Source of the DNA: Octopus sinensis
Lineage: Eukaryota
Direction of reading: 5' to 3'
Assembly (NCBI RefSeq): GCF_006345805.1
Contig: NC_043012.1
Coordinates: 53,382,001 to 53,446,000, forward strand
DNA length: 64,000 nucleotides
The position numbers and the translations under genes were made by a program. This document shows, one piece after another, positions 26,301 to 40,535 of this stretch (positions are counted from its first letter, which is position 1; each line of letters opens with the position of its first letter). Under the pieces are notes generated by a model. That model had not been told where the DNA came from. It was given only the letters and a program-made list of their open reading frames with translations, and searched no databases.

Positions 26301-27611
26301 CTCTTTCCAATTTAGACACCAACTATGGAATGATTGGTGAAATTAGTACCAGAACTTGAACAGTACTTCATTTTACCAACCTTAGAAAGAAGAAAGAAGA
26401 AAACCTGGATTCGAACCAAGAATGTAAAGGACCGTGAATTAATGTCTTCAAATCTTTTTGTCCGATGCTCTAACAGTTAATCGAATCCGGACAAGAAAAC
26501 TCCAAAAATAGTGATTGCATTTAGAATGCGATACCAAAACACCGAGAAGAGAAATATATTTTTTCTATGAATACAGAAATTTAGGACTAAACTTGAAATG
26601 TCTTCTAAAATTGCCATCGTAGGAATATAAATCTATTAAGCAAAGTATAGCCGAAAACAGCACAAATACCTAATAAATATGAAACCAGGAGAAAAAAAAC
26701 TAATAATTGCGTGTTTGTCTTTTTGTCATAAAGAGCGCCGTCAAATAACAACATAGCGGCTAAAGTAACAGACAGTTATGCGGAAAAGAAGACAAAAGAA
26801 AAGAAAATTGTTTTTGAAACTTCTGTAAGCTAAGATAGTCTTTATCTTTCAGTTAGGCAGAAACACTGTCTCATGACTCTTTGCTTGGTCTCCGAGAATG
26901 GTACGAGGAAGACAGGAAGCATGTTCATGTCTAAGTATTGTGCCACGTATTAACAATGAATTCTCTTTTCTCTTTTCTCTTTTACTTGTTTCAGTCATTT
27001 GACTGCGGCCATGCTGGAGCACCGCCATTAATCGAGCAACTCGACCCCGGGACTTATTCTTTGTAAGCCCAGTACTTATTCTATCGGTCAGGTATGTTTA
27101 GGTATCTTTTTTTTTTACCGCTTATAATAATTTAATATCAGCTTAGCAGGTCTTAACACCAAAACGATCAGCAAATTATTTGTTTCGTATAATCTTATTT
27201 CTTTATTGGCCACAAGGGGCTAAACATAGAGGGGACAGACAAGGACGGACAAACGGATTAAGTCGATTACATCGACTCCAATGCGTAACTGGTACTTAAT
27301 TTATTGACCCCAAAAAGATGAAAGGCAAAGTCGACCTCGGCGGAATTTGAACTCAGAACGTAACGGCAGACGAAATACGGCTACGCATTTCGCCCGGCAT
27401 GCTAACGATTCTGCCAGCTCGCCGCCTTATTCCGTATATTGTATAAATAAGAACATCTCTTATCTATCTTGATAGATCTGGTGGGAGGGGTTCCCACACT
27501 TAAGAGGCAAAATCATGTCGAAACTACATGATTGAGAGAGAGTCCATCACGCCATCCAAGTATGTGATGTATATTGTCATCACACGTCGCTTACAAGGAG
27601 AGGTGTGCAGC

Positions 27612-27643
<32 letters not shown>

Positions 27644-28091
27644 AAGGTGAGATGGAAAGATAAGTGTGTTTGTGTGTTTTTATGTCGGCAAAGAATACAA
27701 GAATACAAACATCAAAAAGACAACTGAAAACGATTTTTTCCCAAACGAATTTCATATTTGTTCTAAACATGCTAATAGACAGCACTTTTCACTCCAGTCG
27801 TTAGAAGTGAAGTCATGAGGTCAGTTAGGAACCGCTCCATCGGAAAACTGTATTCGATGACAACATATTTTATCTATTATCCGTATTTGTTTCAGTCATT
27901 AGACTACGGCCATGCCGAGGCACCGCCTTGAATAATTTTTAGTCAAATGAATTTTTCTCTCTTGAAGCTGATAATTATTCTATCATCCGTTTTACCGAAC
28001 CACTAAGTTACACTGACATAAACACACCGGCATTGGTTGTCAATTGGGGATGGGTAACAACAAACACACACGTACACACACACACACATAC

Positions 28092-28134
<43 letters not shown>

Positions 28135-28289
28135 TATATATATATACACACACATATATATATATATATATATACAGGTATGTATATATATATGCATATG
28201 TATATATGCATATATATATTATATAATATAGTATATATATAATATATAATTATATATATAATATATATATGTCTGTGTGCCCGCGTGTG

Positions 28290-28487
28290 TACCGTTGGCG
28301 ATTTTTTTTCTCCGTCTTCTCTTCTTTGGATCTTTCCTTTTCCTATGTTTCTGACGAAGAGCTCCGCTCGAAACGTTGAACCCTCCTTCTTTCCTTCTTT
28401 CCTGAGCGTCCAATAATACTATACTTGTTCCACGTCCTCGCGTTGTTGTGTTTCCTCTTTGTGTTTTCATGTTTGGATTAACTTTAT
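28290..28487 (+). mobile_element. ~200-bp solo pLTR-like element with a minimal hammerhead (28347-28381), nested in a split family-B SINE
   Basis: gttt-CTGACGA-a-gagc-tcc-gctc-GAAA-CGT-T-gaac. Second copy at 37927-38130(-). SINE halves at ~27885-28070 and ~28525-28610. Confidence 0.75.
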
Positions 28488-29073
28488 ATATATATATATA
28501 TATAATATATATATCACAAGGCCTAAGTCGGCCCGAGGCTAGAATAGAAAATACTTGCCCAAGTGTAACACGGTGGGAGTGAATCTGTAACCATGTGGTT
28601 AGGAAACAGAGTCAAATGATAAATGAAATAATGTAGCATCAGCTAAACTTACAAATATTCCAGACGGCATTTGGAGCAGGACTTTTCTCTAGATTAACAT
28701 ATTCACACACCAACACATTATAATTGCTGTTTTATTGTAGTAGTTTTCTTTCTTACCCCCTTCTCTCCCTCTCTCTCCCTAACTCTCCGTCTCTCTTTCT
28801 CATTTTCTTTCTCTCTCTCTCCCTCTCTCTTATTCAGTGTTCCTCACGTTCTCTTACTCATATCACTGCTAGAACATCTACTATAATTCCGCAAGTAATT
28901 GCATTTCCCATTCCCAGAAGCGTACCACGTGTACCCACCTTCTGTCATTTCATCAGCTCGACTTACACTTACACCTATCTCTCTGCCAAAAAGTGTGTCT
29001 CTTCTCTATAGAATGCTATACATATTATATATATATGTATATATACATATATGTATACATCTCTCTCTCTCTG

Positions 29074-29112
<39 letters not shown>

Positions 29113-29217
29113 TTACATGTATGAATATATATATATATATATATATATTTACATGTATGAATATATATATATATATATGGGTATATATGTATATATATGT
29201 ATATATGTATAGTGTAT

Positions 29218-29248
<31 letters not shown>

Positions 29249-29256
29249 GTATTATG

Positions 29257-29345
<89 letters not shown>

Positions 29346-29697
29346 TCTATATATATATATACATAATCAGTCTGCATTCAGAGCAATGGTTAGTAATTTT
29401 GCGAAACCGGTATGTTTTTAAATCTCTTTAACAATTCACAATAATGACTTTTATTTCTTTTATTACTACCACAGTTCATCTAATTTTATATATTTATCGT
29501 TACTTTTTATAAAAAGCCTTTACTTTTTTGACTTCCGATGTGCATTTTCACTCATTTTTCTTATTACCTTCCCCTTACATTTCCACGTGTAGGTCCAGTA
29601 AAGATACAGTAAATACATGTTAAATAAAATTATGAACTTGAAAAATCTCCATTCTTTTTATTATTATCAAGTATACACACATATATATATATACATG

Positions 29698-29748
<51 letters not shown>

Positions 29749-30400
29749 TGTGTGTGTGTGTATGTATATGTATATGTATATGTATATATATATGTATATG
29801 TATATATATATGTATATGTATATATGTGTATGTATATGTATATGTATATGTATATATATATATGTGTATGTATATGTATATGTATATATACATTTCAATG
29901 CATATATATACACATACGTACATACATACATACAGACATACATACATACATACATACATATATACATACATACATAATATACATACATACATACATACTA
30001 TACACATCGCGTTAAAGCAATTTCGAATGTCACCTGCTATCATTTACAAATCACTTATGCGAATACAGGCTTGAGTAAAAATCTTGAAAGGGACAGTTAA
30101 GCGTTTCTACATCCACTAAAATATTTACGTAAGACTTTTGCTCCTATGGAAAACAAAATTTATTGAGAATTATGGGTAAGATTTCTCTCCAATTATGAAT
30201 CTAATATTTATTGAGGGATGAAACCTTAAATGAAATTATTAGAATAAAGAGGAAAAGTGTAAGGAACAGTCTAAGGCAAAACCAAAAATAAATAAAATAT
30301 GGAAATTATTGCACCACTTGCATAAGATGTTACATCATATTTTATCAGTTAACAGGATTTTCAGGTATTATTATTATTATTATCATTATTATTAATAATA

Positions 30401-30461
<61 letters not shown>

Positions 30462-31239
30462 GTCCTGTCACACGATGCAAAAAGAAGCTGCATGCAATAA
30501 GGATCTTTGATATATTAGACGCTTACTAACTTTTACTCACGGGGTTCTGTTATGAAAAAAAAATAAATAAATGAAACTATTAGCTGGCTGAAAGTGATCA
30601 CGTTACTCTCAATAAAATATAAAAATATAAAAAGATTGAAAAAAAAGGGTGCACTGCATAAAAACATTCTCACAGTCTCACTGTCACGCTTGTTAGTTGT
30701 CCTTCAATAGCTGTCCCCACCCAGTGTCTGCAGTTACTTGTAAGCGACGTCTAGCTAGTTATTTTCTTCCTTGTTATATTATACACGCACATACACACAG
30801 ACACGTTCGCACACAAACATTATATATCTTTATGTATTTAAGTGTGAGAATATATATATATATATGCACATACACACACGTACATTATATATATATGTAC
30901 ATGCACACATACGTACATATATATATATATATACATAGTATTACATACATATGAGAGGGATTACCACCTATGTGGACACCCTAATGCTAGAAGTAGATCC
31001 GCTATGGTCTTACCACTAAGAATTGTTCTCTAAAAAATTTAGCAAACAGAAGAAACATAAGCGAGCAAGACAAATGAAAAGTAACAAGAATATAGATTAA
31101 TCATAAACAATGTTTCACTATTAACAAATTACGTAATTTTACTCGTGCAATTTATCTGTAGATTTTCAGTACGATCGTCCATACAAATATAATTTACAGA
31201 TCTATAGGTAGAACTACATACATATTCGACCTCGTGCGG

Positions 31240-31680
31240 ATAATTGTATCCCCACCACCTCCAATCCCAAGCTACAATTTCCAAAACCCCACTATATGCC
31301 CTCTAGAAGGATCCTGCCTCGCAAGGGCCGTAGTATACAGAGCCACTTTTACACCATCTGATGGCATTACTAGGCATTATAAGGGTATGACAGTCAAGGG
31401 AAGATACTCCTATGCACCCGTTCAGATCCTGTGACAGAGAGAACTCTACGTCCGTGTTTCATTTTCTCTGGAAACTCCGTGACCTCCGAGACAAAACACC
31501 CAGCATCAAGTCGACAAATTGTCGACAGAGCGCTCCCATATTCACTCGGCGATCCTAACTGCCAACCCTGCCTCCGCGAAAAACTGTATATCCTCCAACA
31601 ACCCGCAGTATCCATTAAAAAGAAATACGATTTATCTTACTGATGTCACCCGCAGTATGCCCTTCTGACAAATTTCAAGC
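31240..31680 (+). pseudogene. Naiad-like PLE GIY-YIG endonuclease remnant
   Basis: CPLEGSCLARAVVYRAT...HYKGMT followed by IVDRALPYS...CQPCLREKLYIL. Confidence 0.8.
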
Positions 31681-32161
31681 CTCCGACTGCCGACAACTTG
31701 AATATACAATATTAGTACCAGCTGCTAATCTGCACCGTGGTCACCGTCAACAACCAGCCCCATGGGCAGTTACCAATCCTCAATATTTACCAATCATCAG
31801 TGCTGATAAATTTTTGCGCGCAGATGTCCCATACATACATACTTTTCTCACGAACACATTACATTTAATCGCCTATCAGAAATCATAGGGGTAAATACAG
31901 TGCCGCTGCATGATATAATGACAAGAGAACTCAAAATTACTTATACTTAGAAATTGAGGATATAATCATTAACATAATTATATCAGTGGCTAGCGTATAA
32001 GCGACGACCATATAAGTAAAATTAACTTTTAAATATATAATTATAAAGATATAATTATAATTAAGTGTACTGGAATGTCTGCGCCTAAACGCTAGACGTA
32101 GATGTCAAATACCTACAATCTACTTTAAGTTATATCAATACAGCATAGTTTTACACACATA

Positions 32162-32233
<72 letters not shown>

Positions 32234-32267
32234 ATATCCATAATACATACGTATATGTACGTTACTT

Positions 32268-32292
<25 letters not shown>

Positions 32293-32298
<6 letters not shown>

Positions 32299-33075
32299 CA
32301 TATGTGGGCACAGAACGTCATGAAACGTGTACAACAAGAATGTAAGAAGCACGAGAACATGGAACATGAACTATTCTTTCGAACAACGGAATAAAAACAA
32401 CGTAAAGAATGATCCTTCATCAGTTGTTAGTTGTTTCTCTAGTCTCGTATTTCGAGCATTTAACAACAATATACGCTTTCGATTAAACAGTTGCTCCCGC
32501 AAAGCAAATTATATAAAATTTGGGATTTGGGAGTCAAAATAGGTAATACAAACAGTACAGTGAAAACAAACCGGAAGGGTTGCTGGGCCTAAACGGGGTT
32601 GTGGTGGCAAACGTGTGAATGAAGCTAGGACAGGCGACAAATAAAAACACGTCTTTCTTGTTCCAGCTACAACAGAGAGAATAGAGAGATGGCCGATGGT
32701 CAGTGGGAGCTACGTGAGCAAGAGAGGGGGAGTAAGGGAGAGAGAGTGACAGAGTAATAGGATAGAATAGTGGGAAAAGAAAAGGTAAAAGAACAAGAGA
32801 GAGAGACAGACAGACAGAAAAACGAAAGCGTAAAAAGATCGTACAGAGTGCGCATCAGAATTATTAAGATAAAATATATAATAATATAAATAATGCTCGA
32901 AATCCGAGACTAGAAAAACAGACAACAACCGATGAAGGGTCGTTTTTTATGTTGCTTCTTTTGTTTTCCAGTTATGTCATTCGTTGTTCGAAAGAAAAGT
33001 TCGTGTTCCATGTACTCATGCTTCGTACTTTTTTCTTGCACACGTTTCATGACATTCTGTGCCCACACATGCATA
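32293..33075. repeat. Diverged inverted repeat pair (~170-180 bp arms), pLTR-like
   Basis: 32293-32461 aligns to the reverse complement of 32892-33075; (TA)n flanks on both sides. Confidence 0.75.
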
Positions 33076-33121
33076 TATATATGTGTATATGTATATGTAT
33101 ATGTATATGTAATGTATATGT

Positions 33122-33201
<80 letters not shown>

Positions 33202-33318
33202 TATAGATGTAAGTATGTACAGATAGTAGATACGTATGTATAGTGTATAATATATTATTTATATCATATGATTGAACGTCACGCATCCTCTTCCAAGTAA
33301 GTTTATCTGTCCGTCTAC

Positions 33319-33379
<61 letters not shown>

Positions 33380-33414
33380 AATCTATATCTATATCTACAT
33401 TTCTCTCTCTCTCC

Positions 33415-33457
<43 letters not shown>

Positions 33458-33472
33458 TACATATACATACAT

Positions 33473-33526
<54 letters not shown>

Positions 33527-33651
33527 AGATATATACATATACATATACAGAGGGAGACTAGGAGAGGGAGAGATGGAATTCTGTACAAGTATGCGCATGT
33601 CCGCATGTATATTCACTAACATAAATATGTGAATGTCTGTGTATATATATA

Positions 33652-33708
<57 letters not shown>

Positions 33709-33899
33709 AATACTTATGTATATATATATTTATGTACAGGCTCTGGGGTGGCTGTATGGTAAAATGCTTGCACGAAATCACATGATTCTGGGTTCAGTAC
33801 ACTGCGTGGCACCTTGGACAAGTGTATATTTTCATAGCCTCGGACCAACCGAATTCTTACGAGTAGATATGGTTGACAGAGACTGAAAAAAGCCCGCCA

Positions 33900-33935
33900 C
33901 ACACACACACACCACACATACACACATAATCACAC

Positions 33936-33966
<31 letters not shown>

Positions 33967-33977
33967 TAATATATATA

Positions 33978-34023
<46 letters not shown>

Positions 34024-34444
34024 AAGCCCGCGCACACATATATATATATATATAAATAAATACAAAATGGGACAAGAACGCAAAACATTCAGACAGCTGA
34101 TACATAAAATGGGACAACAAAACATCCAGATATATACATACATACATACATACATACATACACACACACACATACATACATACATACATACATACATACA
34201 TACATACATACACACATACATACATACATACATACATACACACATACACACACACACATACATACATACATACACACATACATACATACATACATACATA
34301 CACACACACAATACATACATACATACATACATAAATACATACATAAATACATACACACACACATACATACATACATACATACACACATACATACATATAT
34401 ACATACATACATACACACATACACACATACATACATACATACAT

Positions 34445-34477
<33 letters not shown>

Positions 34478-34742
34478 TACATACAAGCATACATACATAC
34501 ATATATACACAAACACACATACATACATACATACATACATACATACATACATCACACACATACATACATATATACATACATACATACACACATACATACA
34601 TATATACATACATACACACATACACACATACATACATACATACCCACATACACACATACACACACACATACATACATACATACATACACACATACATACA
34701 TACATACATACATACATACATACATACATACATACATACACG
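33900..34742. repeat. Long (TACA)n/(CA)n/(TA)n compound microsatellite
   Basis: Direct reading; it produces the spurious 200-290 aa ORFs in the track. Confidence 0.95.
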
Positions 34743-36150
34743 CAGACATAGACGTGAGTACAGATAGAAAAATTTTAAAGTACAAACAATGCATGTTTTG
34801 AAAAAAATTGTTATAATTTTTTCCTTTACATTATTTTGGCTTTACGTATCCGAATCTGTAAAGCATTTATGTATACAAATATACATATATACATAAGCAA
34901 TAATGAATTTCTGAGCGAGATTTAAACAGCAGCAGCGCAACATCGTGAGTTATATTTGCCACCTAAATTTGACTGACCATTATGATACGATGCTGCTGTA
35001 GTTTATAGCCCCAGGAAGACATCTCCACCAACTGTCAAACGGGAAACTGTGTGTGCCCGATCAGTATTTATGAAAGGAAATCATCGTTCCCATCTCTAGC
35101 CTTACGTGATTTACACGGACCCGATTTCTGGGTAGTAACCTGTCATCAGCCTGTGAGAAACACCGGCAAGGAATGAGAAGTGATTCCGAACACAAAATAC
35201 GATATGCTTTTTCCAGTGACAAACCGTTACTGTTCACGAAAAAGAAGAAACATATCTCTGTGCGAGATATAAACAGTAGCATCACGACATCGTGAAGTAT
35301 AAATGCCACCGAAATGTGGATGATCCATATGGAACGATGCTACTGTGGTTTATACAGAGAGCTTTCCCATCCGCGTGAGACACGAACCCACATCCTTTTA
35401 TAAACGCGACTAGGTGTGTTACCATTATTACATGCGGATGTGAACGCCTACTTTTATCTGTTGCGGGATTATATGCCTCATCATTAGACTATTTTCCTTC
35501 GCCATTGCACAGTGATTGTTATAAGCTTTAAGCTAATATAAATACTAATATATATACTCTCTCTCTTTTACTCTCTTTTACTTGTTTCAGTCATTTGACT
35601 GCGGCCATGCTGGAGCAACGCCTTTAGTCGAGCAAATCGACCCTGGGACTTATTCTTTGTAAGCCCAGTACTTATTCTATTGGTTCTCTTTGCCGAACCG
35701 CTAAGTGACGGGGACGTAACAACACCAGCATCGGTTTTCAAGCAATGCTAGGGAGACAAACACACCAAACACACACACCACATATATATATACATATATA
35801 CGAAAGGCTTCTTTCAGTTCCGTCTACCAAATCTCCACTCAAAAGGCATTGGTCGGCCCGGGGCTATAGTAGAAGACACTTGCCCAAGATGCCACGCAGT
35901 GGGACTGAACCCGGAACATGTGGTTAGTTAGCAAGCTACTTACCACACTGCCACTCCAATATGTGACAATTATTCAAAGCCATTCGAGAGATGGTGTTGT
36001 GGATTTCTACCTCGGCATCCGAAAATCAGAGTTTTATCTTGGCTTTTGAATAATTGTCATATAGTATTCTACAGATAAATTTCCTCTATAACATAATATT
36101 GAGGTCTCTTTTTTTTTTCGTTATCTTACCGTTTTTACCAATATATATAG

Positions 36151-36220
<70 letters not shown>

Positions 36221-36429
36221 GTGAAATAGAAAGATGAATAATCTTGTAGGAGATTAATCAAAAGTTTAACCGATACCTTAGTAGCAAAAATCACAGCAGT
36301 AAACAGCACGGTTGGAGGTACAACCATCTGGCGTTGCAACCGTGCGTTGGTGCGGATAATTGAAATTAAAACATTATTGGTGAATTGAAGAAATGGAGCT
36401 GAACGCAGATTGAACAGAAATCGTTTTAT

Positions 36430-36519
36430 TTCATTCTACACGTGTTTCGAAAGGCACACAAATTACCAAAATCCGATTGAATAATGGGACCATATTGTGT
36501 CTTTCTCTTCAGGAAGAAA
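36430..36519 (-). ncRNA. Type I hammerhead ribozyme motif, left arm
   Basis: ttcttc-CTGAAGA-GAAAG...CTTTC-GAAA-CA-cg-TG-TA/gaatgaa; GUA site. Confidence 0.8.
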
Positions 36520-37690
36520 AAAGGAAATCCGTTGGAAAAAAAAAACAGAACAGAGGCGGAGCAAAACAAATCGAACTATGCTCCAAGAGCCCATGGCGAA
36601 ACTGTTTATCAGTGTATGTTGAGAACCGGTGGCTGAAGAATCAACGGGTCAGGCATCGGTCAATCATGTGGGTGAGGGTGTATAGATGTTCTTTGTGACC
36701 GAGAATAAAGTTCTGACTATTTAAGGAATATTGGATGTTTATAAGGGGCGAGAAAAAATCTACTTAGAGACGTGTGTGTGTGTATACTGTTCTATAATAT
36801 GTGTGTGTTGGCGTAGGGGTAGAAAACATTTTTTGTACGTGTGTGCGTTGATCGTTCGGCTGTCAGTGGCTACTGCCGTGAGAACCGTTGGGTGGCAGAA
36901 AGAAAAAATATATATATATATTATGTTTATGTGTGTGTGTGTTCATCTAAGCCTGCCTTGTCAAGGAAACCCCCCGCTGTGAAAAACCAAGCCCGTTTGT
37001 CTTACAGGAGTAATTCCCCTTGCAGTGGTTAATCGTAGATATCTTAAAGGCTATTTCAGAATTTGTTACCAAGGGCTATGGGTGCCGGTATTATTTATAA
37101 ACGCTATTTAAAAGCCAGATAAGTGTAACGCCGCCAATGGGGGCATCGAAAAGCCGACTGTAAAAGCCCGTTTACCACTGCAAGGGGAATTACTCCTGTA
37201 AGACAAACGGGGCTTGGTTTTTTCACAGCGGGGGGTTTCCTTGACAAGGCAGGCTTAGATGAACACACACACACATAAAACATAATATATATATATTTTT
37301 TTTCTTTCTGCCCCCAACGGTTCTCACGGCAGTAGCCACTGACAGCCCGAACGATCAAACGCACACACGTACACAAAAAATGTTTTCTACCCCTACGAAA
37401 CACACACATATATAGAACAGTATACACACACACACGTCTCTAAGTAGATTTTTTCTCGCCCCTTATAAAACATCCAATATTCCTTAAATAGTCAGAACTT
37501 TATTCTCGGTCACAAAGAACATCTACACACCCTCACCCACATGATTGACGATGCCTGACCGTTGAATTCTTCAGCACCGGTTCTCAACATACACTGATAA
37601 ACAGTTTCGCCATGGGCTCTTAGGAGCATAGTTCGATTTGTTTTTGCTCCGCCTCTGTTCTGTTTTTGTTTTTCCAACGGATTTCCTTTT

Positions 37691-37778
37691 TTCTTCCTGA
37701 AGAGAAAGACACAATATGGTCCCATTATTCAATCGGATTTGGTAATTTGTGCCTTTCGAAACACGTTGTAGAATGAAA
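37691..37778 (+). ncRNA. Type I hammerhead ribozyme motif, right arm
   Basis: CTGAAGA at 37697-37703; stem II GAAAG/CTTTC; GAAA at 37758-37761; stem III ACA-cgt-TGT; predicted cut after 37770. Confidence 0.8.
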
Positions 37779-37835
37779 TAAAACGATTTCTGTTCAATCT
37801 GCGTTCAGATCCATTTCTTCAATTCACCAATAATG

Positions 37836-37930
<95 letters not shown>

Positions 37931-38793
37931 TAATCCAAATAAGAAAGCACAAAAAAACACAACAACGCGAGTATGTGGAACAAATATAGTATTATTGGAC
38001 GCTCAGGAAAGAAGGAAAGAAGGAGGCTTTAACGTTTCGAGCGGAGCTCTTCGTCGGAAACAGGAGAAGGAAATATCCAGAGAAGGGAAGACAGAGGAAA
38101 AAAATTGCTAACGGTACACACGAGGTCAAGCATGTTTGTGCATGGATATGTGTCTGTGTACTGGTCAATGGTCGCATTTTCATAATTGAATATGATCTTT
38201 TATTTTTGTTTCTACTTTCATGTTATTGAAAGACTCAACACGGTGAATTTTTATATAGCTACATATAGATGTAAGTGTAATTCTGTAAGCGTTATCTCAA
38301 TTAAATTATAAAACAATGCTATTTAGCAACAACCGCTGTTGCTATATAAATGTATACGTGTCTAAGTATTCACTTAGATACAATTGCAATGTAAATATTT
38401 ACATATAACTGTTATTCTATAAAAATTCATAGCGATGCTAGTTGCATAAACTATGAATGCAATAGAATCAATATAAATTAATGAATAAATGAATAAATAA
38501 ATAAAAATCAAATTGTGAAATTCCGCAGTTTGACTGAAAAAACATTTTCTATGTGCAATTGTGATAAATTTTATATGTATATGTTTATATATATATATAT
38601 ATAAGAATATTTTGCGTAATAAGATAAAAAAGAAACAAGGGTGTACAGATATTAGAGCATACACACGCTGACATAGAACCAACGTCGAACCCTTTATTCG
38701 CAATATTACCGAATCTGAAATTTAACTATGGTCTGTCTATAGCACTTATTCAGCATTACCCGACACCTTTGGGTTTCAATGACACCATTATCT

Positions 38794-38848
<55 letters not shown>

Positions 38849-39329
38849 TATATATGTATGTACATATGTATGCATATATACTCACGCCTACACACGCACG
38901 CCACATACACACACAAACACGCCCATACAAACATACACATACACAGGCACATATACAAATACAAACCAATGCTGCACATATCAGTTACTAGGATGTTTCA
39001 TACAGACTGCTTGATATTGTAAACAACACATGAAAATCATGTAAAGAATGGAACTTTTAAGATAATCGCACGATCATACATTTAAATCTATTGAGATTAC
39101 GTGTCTCTTTTCATTCTGACCTCATTGGATTATTGTGAGAAAGAGAATTGTTAAGCCTACTCTTGCTCCATATAGCTGTCGGTTCGGGAAAAAAAACTCT
39201 CACAGAGAAGTGAAGGAAAATAGTCATTTCTCTATAAACCCAAAGATCACAACTTATTATATCTCTAAGAAATATGTAAAGGAAACATATATGTATGAGT
39301 TCTCTCTTGCAAATAACCAAATGTAAACG

Positions 39330-40535
39330 GGTAAAATTTTAAAAAGCTATAATTGCTATAGAAATCTGTAGTGGAACTACAGTTGCCGGTATTGCCCACC
39401 CGAGAGGGTAGCTACCAATCCAATTGCCAATCTCCTGCCTAGGTCTTCGTTTGATCCATGGATAGATGTGCATTAAGGACGTCAACTGTGGAAGGTAGAA
39501 ACTTACGTGCGGTGACCACACCTGCTCCCCATCGAGGCACAGCCAGAGGTGCCTCAACCTTAACGCGAATTTTCGCATCTTTAGCCAAGGCATCCCTAGC
39601 CCCAATCTTTAGCGGTTTTGGGCAGCAAACAGAGCACTTCATAAATGGCTTTCCTCCCTTCCACAAAAAGCGGAAAAAGATTCTTTCCAACTTGTTCAGC
39701 CACAAATCGGAGCAAGGCACAACGGTCAGGTTGTAGGTGATGACAGATGCTATGAACATCTGCACCACCTCCACCCACCCAAGAAAGGATAACGCCCGCC
39801 CAGACCAGGTCTGTGTTAGGGCAGTCACCTTGCTCGTGACCTCACTCCAATTCTTCTCTATCTGGAGGTCTGAACCGAGCCAGATCCCTAGCAACTTAAA
39901 GAGACCTTCCATCCAATGCCCCACGGCGTTATTGAACGACATCGACTTGCCCCCGCCCCTAGGTGCTGATTTGCAAGCCGACCGACTTGTACTCGTTAAC
40001 CTTTGCTCCTGCCACTGCCTCGTATCCTTTGATGGCGTTTTCCACATAAGTAAGCTGTCTTTCTTCAGACACGATGATGGGGATGTCATCTGCTTACGCA
40101 GCAGCTCCTCTTCCACACCACAGATCATGCAGCACGCCCCCTAACGTCTCCAACTTCTGCAGCAATGGCTCAAGAGCCAATACATACAAAAGCGGTGACA
40201 GGAAGCATCCCTGGCGTACTGAGTGCTCAATCTTGAACGGTTTTGAAAACAAAAACCATACACTCGGACGATAGACTCGATGTCGCTGTACAAAGCAGCA
40301 ATCCAACAGCGGAAAGTTAGGCCCGACCCCGCCTCCCCGAAGACCGCCGCAAGATACCGATGGTCGGCCCTATCAAATGCTTAAGACTGGTCTAAATGTA
40401 CCAGTGCCCCACCTTTCCAGAAATTTTAAAAACTTCTCAAAGGAGTAGCGTATAAGATGGAGATTGTCACGAATTGCTCTGCCCGGGACAGCGCAAGTTT
40501 GCACCTCCACAACAAATCTGCCCACGACACGCGCC
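39330..40535 (-). pseudogene. L1/Tx1-clade reverse transcriptase fragment, frameshifted
   Basis: QTCAVPGRAIRDNLHLIR, KAFDRADH, VRQGCFLSPLLYVLALEPL, AYADDI and LLGIW...NW...WSGRALS. Confidence 0.9.

Larger units (their letters stand above)
36370..37837. repeat. ~660-bp near-perfect inverted repeat with ~144-bp spacer (inverted pLTR pair)
   Basis: 36370-37029 vs 37174-37837; differences are mostly single-base indels. Confidence 0.92.

Noticed and set aside
32360-33010. CTGATGA/CCGATGA...GAAA in the 32-33 kb inverted repeat as hammerheads
   Set aside because: No valid stem III, UH site or stem I could be formed.
33832-34801. Long ORFs of 214-294 aa (MYVC/HTYI repeats), and similar ORFs near 12.4, 29.6 and 54 kb
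   Set aside because: They are translations of (TACA)n/(CA)n/(TA)n microsatellites.
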